Assembly: GCA_963732115.1 (NCBI GenBank)
Contig: CAVSYN010000024.1
Coordinates: forward strand, 66,431-130,430
Reading direction: 5' to 3'
Length of the DNA stretch: 64,000 nucleotides
Source of the DNA: an uncultured Bacteroidales bacterium
Lineage (GTDB): Bacteria; Bacteroidota; Bacteroidia; Bacteroidales; VadinHA17
In this document: one piece after another, positions 57,031 through 64,000 of the stretch
How the letters are laid out: each line of letters starts with the position of its first letter
How positions within the stretch are numbered: position 1 is the stretch's first letter
The notes under the pieces: generated by a model
Database searches by the model: none
Told to the model about the DNA's origin: nothing
What the model saw: the letters and a program-made list of their open reading frames with translations, nothing else
Translations under genes and position numbers: made by a program

Positions 57031-59487
57031 ATGAAAATTTCTTATAACTGGGTTAAAGATTACCTTAAAATTGACCTGGATCCCCATAAGCTGGGAGAGA
57101 TACTTACAGGCATCGGACTTGAAGTTGAAAGCATGGAAGAATGGGAATCATTGAAAGGTGGTCTAAAGGGAGTCGTTATAGGAGAAGTATTGACCTGCAA
57201 AAGACATCCGAACGCCGATAAGCTATTTGTAACTACAGTGAATATCGGTTCTTCCGAACCCCTCCGTATTGTTTGCGGAGCACCTAATGTTGCTGCCGGC
57301 CAGAAGGTGCCTGTTGCCACGGTAGGGACCGTTGTTTCCAAAGGTGATCAGAGCATTGAAATAACGAAATCAAAAATAAGGGGTGAATTTTCCGAAGGGA
57401 TGATCTGTGCAGAGGATGAACTGGGGCTTGGAACAGGACATGAAGGGATCCTGGTCCTTGATCCGGATGCAAAACCGGGTACCCCGGCCAGTGAGTACTT
57501 CAGGGTTGTAAAGGATACTGTGTATGAGATCGGTCTTACACCAAACAGGATTGACAGCGGTTCCCACTTTGGGGTAGCCCGGGATCTTGCTGCTTACCTT
57601 AACCTGAATATGGGAATTGACCATAAAGCCATAATGCCTTCGGTATCAGATTTTAAACCTGACAGTAATAGCAGAAGGTATGAGGTAATAGTTGAAAACA
57701 CGACCGATTGTCCAAGGTATACCGGAATTACGATAAGCAACGTAACTATTGCAGAATCTCCTGAATGGCTTAAAAACCGGCTTCGGGCAATAGGTCTTAA
57801 TCCGATCAGTAATGTTGTCGACATAACCAATTTTGTGCAGCACGAAATAGGCCAGCCGCTTCACGCATTCGATGCCGACAAGATCACCGGTAAAAGGGTG
57901 ATCATAAAGAACCTTCCTGAAAAGACAAGATTCGTAACTCTCGACGAAACCGAGCGAGAACTCTCGGCACGCGACCTCATGATTTGCAACAGCGAAGAGG
58001 GCATGTGCATCGCTGGAGTTTTCGGGGGGATAAAATCAGGTGTGATATCTTCAACAAAGAATATATTTCTTGAAAGCGCTCATTTTAATCCTGTTTCGAT
58101 CCGAAAGACCTCTAAAAGGCATGGTTTACAGACAGATGCATCGTTCCGGTTTGAAAGGGGAACCGATCCGAACATTACTGTCTGGGCACTCAAAAGGGCA
58201 GCGCTGCTTATGAAGGAGCTGACTGGCGGTCAGATCTCATCGGACGTGATTGATGTTTACCCTGAAAAGATCCAAAATGCCAGGGTTGAGGTCAGCTACA
58301 GGAACATCGAAAGGCTTATTGGGAAAAAGATTGGGAAAGATACAGTGCGGAGGATACTTGTGTTGCTTGATATTGTTATTCTTAAAGAAGAAGGTGATGT
58401 CCTTTCACTGGAAGTGCCGGCCTACAGGGTTGATGTGAAACAGGAAGCGGATGTGATTGAGGAGATCCTCAGGATTTATGGTTATAACAATGTGGAAATA
58501 AACAGCCATGTAAATTCCACCCTTACCTATACGGAAAAACCTGATAAAGAACTTGTCGTAAACAGAGTATCCGACCTTTTGTCTTCAAATGGCTTCTCGG
58601 AAATTATGTGTAATTCGCTTAATCCGGCAACTTGGTACGAACAAAGCAACGACTTTAATGCCGACCACCTGGTTAGGCTAGCAAATCCTTTAAGTTCGGA
58701 CCTTAATGCCATGAGGCAATCGCTTCTTTACGGAGGGTTGAATTCAGTTCTCTGGAATATCAACCGCCAGAACACCGATCTAAAATTATATGAGTTCGGG
58801 AACTGCTATTTCAGAATGAATTCCACCAGGCAGGTGCCGTTAGTTGATGACTTCAATGAAAAGATATCACTTGATCTGTTCATTTCAGGAAGGACAAGTA
58901 AGGAAAGCTGGAACAGCAAAACCAATCCGACTGACTTTTTCCATATAAAATCGGCGACCGAAATGATCTTTACAAGATTAGGAATAAAACTCCGATTGAT
59001 GGCAAACGGGGAAAGCATAAAAAAGTATTTTACAGAATCTATTACCTATACATTTAACAATAAGCTTGTTGCAGAGGCAGGTAAAATTTCAAAAAGCTAT
59101 CTTGAACAATTTGACATAAACCAGGAAGTCTACTACAGCCACATTGAATGGGACTATGTATTGAAAATTATCAGTAATAACTTCATTTCATTCCAGGAGT
59201 TGCCAAAGTACCCGTCGGCAAGGCGTGATCTCGCTATACTTCTCGACAAGGAATACAAGTTCTCGCAAATAAGGGAAATCGCTTTCAAAACTGAGAAGAA
59301 TCTGCTTCAGGAGGTTGGACTCTTCGACGTCTACGAAAGTGAGAGCCTGGGTAAAAACAAAAAGTCATACGCAGTAAGCTTCATCCTGAGGGATGATCTT
59401 AAGACGCTTACTGACAAAACTATAGATAATATTATGAAAAGCCTGGTAAAGGCTTTCGAGACTGAACTTGGAGCACGCATTAGATAA
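57031..59487 (+). CDS. pheT: phenylalanine--tRNA ligase beta subunit
   Basis: 818 aa with N-terminal tRNA-binding domain (MKISYNWVKDYL), B3/4 and B5 domains, and an anticodon-binding C-terminus. Confidence 0.95.
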   Translation: MKISYNWVKDYLKIDLDPHKLGEILTGIGLEVESMEEWESLKGGLKGVVIGEVLTCKRHPNADKLFVTTVNIGSSEPLRIVCGAPNVAAGQKVPVATVGTVVSKGDQSIEITKSKIRGEFSEGMICAEDELGLGTGHEGILVLDPDAKPGTPASEYFRVVKDTVYEIGLTPNRIDSGSHFGVARDLAAYLNLNMGIDHKAIMPSVSDFKPDSNSRRYEVIVENTTDCPRYTGITISNVTIAESPEWLKNRLRAIGLNPISNVVDITNFVQHEIGQPLHAFDADKITGKRVIIKNLPEKTRFVTLDETERELSARDLMICNSEEGMCIAGVFGGIKSGVISSTKNIFLESAHFNPVSIRKTSKRHGLQTDASFRFERGTDPNITVWALKRAALLMKELTGGQISSDVIDVYPEKIQNARVEVSYRNIERLIGKKIGKDTVRRILVLLDIVILKEEGDVLSLEVPAYRVDVKQEADVIEEILRIYGYNNVEINSHVNSTLTYTEKPDKELVVNRVSDLLSSNGFSEIMCNSLNPATWYEQSNDFNADHLVRLANPLSSDLNAMRQSLLYGGLNSVLWNINRQNTDLKLYEFGNCYFRMNSTRQVPLVDDFNEKISLDLFISGRTSKESWNSKTNPTDFFHIKSATEMIFTRLGIKLRLMANGESIKKYFTESITYTFNNKLVAEAGKISKSYLEQFDINQEVYYSHIEWDYVLKIISNNFISFQELPKYPSARRDLAILLDKEYKFSQIREIAFKTEKNLLQEVGLFDVYESESLGKNKKSYAVSFILRDDLKTLTDKTIDNIMKSLVKAFETELGARIR

Positions 59488-59495
59488 AATTATCT

Positions 59496-60368
59496 ATGGG
59501 CAGCATAACAAAAACCGCAGCTGATTATTTCTCGCTTGTTAAATTCATTCATACGGTATTTGCAATGCCTTTTGCCATGATCGGGTTTGCACTTGCGGTC
59601 TCCGAAGCTGGAAATAGCTTCAGCATAAGGCTGCTCCTGCTTGTGATCCTCTGCATGATTTTTGCCAGAAATGCCGCAATGGGATTCAACCGTTTGGCAG
59701 ACAGAAAATACGACTCGTTGAACCCAAGGACAAGTGAAAGGGAGATCCCTTCCGGAAAAGTTGCCCCGAAATCGGCTGCTGTTTTTGTTATATTTAATGC
59801 ATCGCTTTTTATAATAACAACGGGGTTCATTAACAGGCTCACTCTGATCCTTTCACCTGTTGCCCTGTTAATTATACTGGGTTACAGCCTGACAAAAAGA
59901 ATAACTTATTTATGCCATTTTATTCTTGGACTGGGACTCAGCCTTGCCCCTGTAGGTGCATATATTTCTGTGACAGGGAGGTTCAGCATCCTGCCGGTTA
60001 TTTATTCTTTTATAGTACTTACCTGGTCGAGCGGATTCGATATTATTTATGCCCTTGAAGATGAGGAATTTGATAAAAAGAATAATCTACATTCCCTACC
60101 CTCGGCTGCCGGCAAAAAAAAGGCTCTATTTGTTTCCGCAATCCTGCACATTATCACTTTTATACTGGTGGTAACAGCCGGGCTGGCGGGAGATGGTCAT
60201 ATCCTCTACTGGACCGGGGCAGCCGTATTCACTGGTTTGCTTATCTATCAGCATGTGATCGTGAAACCCGATGATCTCAGAAGGGTAACTCTGGCGTTCC
60301 AGACTACCAATGGGATCGCGAGCATCCTTTTCGCTTTGTTTGTGATCCTCGATCTCATTATCTTCTAA
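59496..60368 (+). CDS. UbiA-family aromatic prenyltransferase
   Basis: 290 aa with about 8 TM helices. Asp-rich motifs NRLADRKYD and YALEDEEFD. Confidence 0.8.
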   Translation: MGSITKTAADYFSLVKFIHTVFAMPFAMIGFALAVSEAGNSFSIRLLLLVILCMIFARNAAMGFNRLADRKYDSLNPRTSEREIPSGKVAPKSAAVFVIFNASLFIITTGFINRLTLILSPVALLIILGYSLTKRITYLCHFILGLGLSLAPVGAYISVTGRFSILPVIYSFIVLTWSSGFDIIYALEDEEFDKKNNLHSLPSAAGKKKALFVSAILHIITFILVVTAGLAGDGHILYWTGAAVFTGLLIYQHVIVKPDDLRRVTLAFQTTNGIASILFALFVILDLIIF

Positions 60369-60511
60369 CCCCCAAGCCTCCATGGGGCTTTGTAACCTTC
60401 TGCTAATCAAAAAAGGCCACCTGGGGAATTTGGGCGTGAGAAAAAAATCAGAACATATTATACAGCCTTTCTATTTTTTTTGTTTCTTGTCCCTCGAAAT
60501 CTGGAAGTTTA

Positions 60512-61636
60512 ATGACCGAAGTACTAGTGAAAGAAGTACTCACCAGAAAAGAACTGCGTGAGTTTATTTACCTCCCCTCAAAAGTTCACAAAACCCATCC
60601 TGAATGGCTTCCTCCAATTTACATGGACGAGAAGCTGTTGTTTAACAAAAAGAAGAACAGGTCATATCAGTTTGCCGATACAGTGTTTTACCTGGCTTAC
60701 AAAGGTGGTGAGGCCGTAGGACGAATCATGGGCCTTGTCAATAATCGCTACAATTCTATCCAGAATGAAAAAAATGGCAGGTTCTGTTTTATGGAATGCT
60801 TTGACGATAAGGAAGTTGCACATGCTCTGCTGGAAAAGGTCGAAGAATGGGCCCGTAAGAAGGGAATGGTTAAAATCGTAGGTCCGCTTGGGTTTTCAGA
60901 TAAGGATCCACAGGGATTCCAGATTGAAGGATTCGAACTGCCTTACCTTTTTACTGCAGCAACCAATTTCCCTTATCTGCCAAAAATAATTGAATCTGAA
61001 GGTTATACAAAAGAAGTTGATCTGGTAAACTACAACATCCCAATGCCTGATCAGCTTCCGGCAATCTATACAAAAGCCTATGAAAGGGTATCGAGGAACG
61101 GGGAATTTGAGATTATTGAGTTCAATTCTAAAAAGGAGATCAAACCCTTTATAATCCCTGTGCTTGAACTGATGAACGGGACATTCAGCGAAATATATGG
61201 TTTCGTTCCGCTTAATGACAAGGAAAAGGAGGAATTTGCAAAGCGTTACCTGCCAATAATTGATACCGAATATATCAAGGTTGTAAGATCAAAAGGCGAT
61301 CTGATTGGATTTGTGATTGCACTGCCTGATTTAAGCAAAGGGATCATTGCCACCAAAGGGAAAATCTTTCCTTTCGGACTGTTCAGGATCCTGAAGGAAA
61401 TGAAAAAGTCAAAAAAGCTGATGCTGATGCTCGGAGGAGTTAAGAAAGAGTTCAGAGGTCAGGGGATTGATATCCTGATGGCGGTAAAAATGTGGAATTC
61501 AGCGAAGAAGAACAATATGACCATTGTCGACAGTCACCTTATTCTGGAAAATAATTCAAGAATGAGGGCTGAATGCGAAAGGCTCGACGGCAAGGTAGTG
61601 AAGAGGTTCAGAATCTATCAGAAGCCACTTGTCTGA
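60512..61636 (+). CDS. GNAT-like acyl/acetyltransferase family protein (tentative)
   Basis: 374 aa with a C-terminal R/QxxGxG-type motif (FRGQGID). Family recalled only loosely. Confidence 0.5.
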   Translation: MTEVLVKEVLTRKELREFIYLPSKVHKTHPEWLPPIYMDEKLLFNKKKNRSYQFADTVFYLAYKGGEAVGRIMGLVNNRYNSIQNEKNGRFCFMECFDDKEVAHALLEKVEEWARKKGMVKIVGPLGFSDKDPQGFQIEGFELPYLFTAATNFPYLPKIIESEGYTKEVDLVNYNIPMPDQLPAIYTKAYERVSRNGEFEIIEFNSKKEIKPFIIPVLELMNGTFSEIYGFVPLNDKEKEEFAKRYLPIIDTEYIKVVRSKGDLIGFVIALPDLSKGIIATKGKIFPFGLFRILKEMKKSKKLMLMLGGVKKEFRGQGIDILMAVKMWNSAKKNNMTIVDSHLILENNSRMRAECERLDGKVVKRFRIYQKPLV

Positions 61637-61655
61637 AGACCAATAATAGATTTCT

Positions 61656-61747
61656 TAACAACAGAGTTACACAGAGTTCCACAGAGTTAAATATCTGATT
61701 TATAACAGTGTTACACCGAGTGAACTCCGTGAAACTCCGTGGTTAAC
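61656..61747. mobile_element. 92-bp MITE-like imperfect palindrome E2 flanked by 8-bp direct repeat AGATTTCT
   Basis: TTAACAACAGAGTTACACAGAGTTCCACAGAG ... CTCCGTGAAACTCCGTGGTTAAC. AGATTTCT at 61648-61655 and 61748-61755. Confidence 0.6.
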
Positions 61748-61753
61748 AGATTT

Positions 61754-62247
61754 CTAGAATCTGAAAATAAACGAGAATCCCAGCAGTTCCTTAAACTGGA
61801 CCCGGGCATGTCTTTTTTTGAAGCCCGTCGCCCCCCGTAACCGGGTTTTTATCCCTGTCAAACACAAGCGTCTTCGTATCGTCATCAAATATCAGGTGCG
61901 TATTTAACCTGACGTCAGTGAACCAGTTAAGGTTAGCCTGAAGGATCATTTCCCTGCTTCGTTGGTCTCCTGAAAATAACGCTATTCTCGAGGTATAAAC
62001 CAATTGTATTCCTTGCCCGACTTCCGATCCAGACTGTTACCGAATCGTTTAAATCATTTTTGAGCCAGTAACGCACCATAATGTCCGATTTCGAGTTCAA
62101 CCATAAAGGGTATTCCCTGCCATTGGCTCCGGTGAAATGGATCATGGTAGAATCGCGAGATTCGAGATACTCCAGTAGCACATTAACCGCAGCCTTTATT
62201 GAATCGCTCTGTCCGGGATACCTAAATGCCAACAACCTCCGGAACAA
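61754..62247 (-). pseudogene. hypothetical protein with beta-barrel-like C-terminus (…GFSFIFRF); 2 frameshifts
   Basis: ORFs 61933..62247 and 61791..62003, plus a terminal segment QFKELLGFSFIFRF ending at TAG 61754-61756. Confidence 0.45.
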
Positions 62248-62297
62248 TGTTTTGATAATAACCCGAAATTGATTTCCTTTGGCGTCAAATTTTTTTG

Positions 62298-63644
62298 ATG
62301 CGCGATCTTACCACAGGCAACGAAGGAAAACTGATATTTCAGTTTGCTGCTCCAATGCTCCTTGGGAACATATTTCAGCAGCTCTTCAGTGTTGTTGACA
62401 GCATTGTTGTCGGTAATTACATCGGGAAAACAGCACTGGCAGCTGTGGGTGCATCCTTCCCGGTAATATTCGTAATGGTATCGTTGATAATCGGCATTGT
62501 GATGGGGACTACTATAGTAATCTCGCAGTATTTTGGTGCAGGCGATATGGTAAAGGTCAAACGCGCTATTGACACAATGTATATCTACTCTTTTGTTGCT
62601 GGAAGTATTGCCACGGCTGCAGGACTGATCTTTGCCGAACCGCTTCTCCGGCTGCTGGTTCTGCCTGAAGAGATAATGCCTCAGGCCACTCAATACCTGA
62701 GGATCTATTTCTCTGGGATCATTATCTTTTTCGGCTATAACGGGACCAGCGCAGTGCTAAGAGGGCTCGGCGATTCAAAAACACCACTCTATTTTCTTAT
62801 TATTGCCACAATAGCAAATATCATTTTGGTAATATTGTTTGTCGGCGTCTTTAAATGGGGTGTTGCAGGGGCAGCCTATGCTACTCTTATTGCGAACGGG
62901 CTAGCGTTCGCCCTTGCGATCATATGGCTCAATAAAACCCATAAGCTAATCAGGATCGCCATAAGGGGGCTTCATTTTGACCGTGAGATCTTCCGTCAGA
63001 GCATCCGGATTGGACTTCCGACAGGTATTCAGCAAATGCTGGTGGCAATCGGAGGACTTGCCCTGATGGGAATTGTAAATACCTTCGGGACCAATGTCAT
63101 TGCCGCTTATTCCGTGGCCAGCCGGCTTGACTCGGTTGCAATTGTACCTGCCATGTCCTTTTCACAGGCTCTTTCAACATTTGTCGGCCAGAATATCGGC
63201 GCTAATAAAATAAGCAGGGTAAGATCAGGACTTATATCAACTGTTAAAATGTCGGGAATTGTAACAATTGTTACATCCTTGTTTGTTGTGTTTTTCGGAC
63301 ATTTGATCATGCGTCTGTTCACAAAGGATCTGGATGTGATTACAATAGGTAACCAGTACCTTACAATTGTAAGTATCTTTTACCTCTTGTTTACAATGAT
63401 GTTTATTTACAACGGTGTAATGAGAGGAGCGGGCGATACGTTTATCCCAATGTTTTTCTCCCTCCTTTCACTTTGGATAATCAGGATCCCCCTGGCGTAT
63501 TTTCTTTCGGGAAAGGTTGGAGCTGTCGGGATCTGGTGGGCAATTCCGGCCGGATGGATGATAGGGCTGATACTCTCTTTCAGTTACTACAAAACAGGCC
63601 GCTGGAAAAAGAAGGCAGTTGTTAAATATGACGAAAATTTATAA
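62298..63644 (+). CDS. MATE-family efflux transporter
   Basis: About 448 aa with 12 TM helices. N-terminus MRDLTTGNEGKLIFQFAAPMLLGNIFQQ is typical of MATE. ATG at 62298 preferred over TTG at 62295. Confidence 0.9.
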   Translation: MRDLTTGNEGKLIFQFAAPMLLGNIFQQLFSVVDSIVVGNYIGKTALAAVGASFPVIFVMVSLIIGIVMGTTIVISQYFGAGDMVKVKRAIDTMYIYSFVAGSIATAAGLIFAEPLLRLLVLPEEIMPQATQYLRIYFSGIIIFFGYNGTSAVLRGLGDSKTPLYFLIIATIANIILVILFVGVFKWGVAGAAYATLIANGLAFALAIIWLNKTHKLIRIAIRGLHFDREIFRQSIRIGLPTGIQQMLVAIGGLALMGIVNTFGTNVIAAYSVASRLDSVAIVPAMSFSQALSTFVGQNIGANKISRVRSGLISTVKMSGIVTIVTSLFVVFFGHLIMRLFTKDLDVITIGNQYLTIVSIFYLLFTMMFIYNGVMRGAGDTFIPMFFSLLSLWIIRIPLAYFLSGKVGAVGIWWAIPAGWMIGLILSFSYYKTGRWKKKAVVKYDENL

Positions 63645-63680
63645 CTTTCAGAAACTAACAAGATTACATCCTTAGAGTAC

Positions 63681-63772
63681 CTTTGTGGTGAACTTAGTGA
63701 TCCTTTGCGGTTAACATTTTTTCCTTAAACCACGAAGGACACAAAGGAAGGCACGAAGGTTCACAAAGGATA
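63681..63772. mobile_element. 92-bp MITE-like imperfect palindrome E3 flanked by 7-bp direct repeat AGAGTAC
   Basis: CTTTGTGGTGAACTTAGTGATCCTTTGCGGTTAAC-ATTTTTTCC-TTAAACCACGAAGGACACAAAGGAAGGCACGAAGGTTCACAAAGGATA. AGAGTAC at 63674-63680 and 63773-63779. Confidence 0.6.
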
Positions 63773-63800
63773 AGAGTACTTCAAACAAACCGGATTCCAG

Positions 63801-64000
63801 ATGATAAAATCTATGACAGGCTATGGAAAAGCCATGGCTGAAACACCTCAGAAAAAAATCACAATTGAAATCAAATCACTCAATTCCAAACAGCTTGATC
63901 TGATAACAAAGCTCCCATGGCTTTACAAGGAGAAAGAACCTGAAATAAGGAATCTTATAAGTCAGAAACTCGACAGAGGCAAAATCGAACTATCGGTTTA
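63801..64000 (+). CDS. yicC: YicC/YloC-family protein, 3' end cut by the window edge
   Basis: ATG at 63801. N-terminus MIKSMTGYGKA, typical of YicC. The frame is open to the end of the window. Confidence 0.8.
   Translation, partial: MIKSMTGYGKAMAETPQKKITIEIKSLNSKQLDLITKLPWLYKEKEPEIRNLISQKLDRGKIELSV

Noticed and set aside
62196-62693. 165-aa minus-strand ORF overlapping the start of the MATE transporter gene
   Set aside because: It is antisense to a strongly supported 12-TM MATE gene. Its Cys/His/Tyr-rich composition shows no motif. It is most likely a shadow ORF.
61656-63772. CRISPR-like interpretation of the repeated short words (CACAGAG, CTCCGTG, CACGAAGG, CCTTTGTG)
   Set aside because: The words are 7-8 nt, are separated by 2-4 nt, and are arranged as complementary arms of palindromes. 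There are no 25-40 nt repeats alternating with unique spacers, and no cas genes in the window.

Overview
This is a Bacteroidota-like chromosomal segment, judged from GldF/GldG gliding-motility ABC components, LpxB, SurE, many lipoprotein and twin-arginine (TAT) signal peptides, and TAnTTTG-like promoter boxes. It carries about 60 protein genes. I found no rRNA, tRNA or CRISPR array, and no transposase, phage or recognisable defence gene. All family assignments rest on motifs read by eye, with no database search. Layout: (a) 1-20 kb holds intact glycan/lipid-catabolic and envelope genes: GH2, GMC oxidoreductase plus aldehyde dehydrogenase, GH30, an OmpR-type two-component system, ThuA, a PQQ-like propeller, PBP1A, a stand-alone GMP-synthase-like PP-loop ATPase and a ceramidase-like protein. 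(b) 20.5-45.7 kb is an accessory-looking block of periplasmic redox and sugar genes: two TAT-signal Gfo/Idh/MocA enzymes, a TIM-barrel isomerase-like protein, a two-subunit molybdenum hydroxylase with XdhC and MocA, an amidase, tatA, and nagB-nagA-Na+/solute symporter. In this block at least 15 genes are broken by roughly 35-40 frameshifts and a few in-frame stops, in a patchy pattern. (c) 45.7-64 kb holds mostly intact housekeeping genes: dnaN, a DnaQ-like exonuclease, gldF/gldG, SpoIID-like, lpxB, surE, pheT, a UbiA-type prenyltransferase, a MATE transporter and yicC. I did not find a convincing novel multi-gene protein system. The most unusual signals are non-coding. (1) Imperfect palindromes of about 92-98 bp, built from short words around a TTAACCAC/GTGGTTAA core, flanked by exact 7-8 bp direct repeats (MITE-like). 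(2) A second repeat pair with an invariant 18-mer and two hairpins kept by compensatory substitutions. (3) GC-hairpin/TTTAGC elements in every intergenic gap of the nagB-nagA-symporter-tatA string. (4) A 53-bp element with 11-bp-phased CTTCAG direct repeats, present upstream of both the two-component operon and the adjacent small exported-protein gene.
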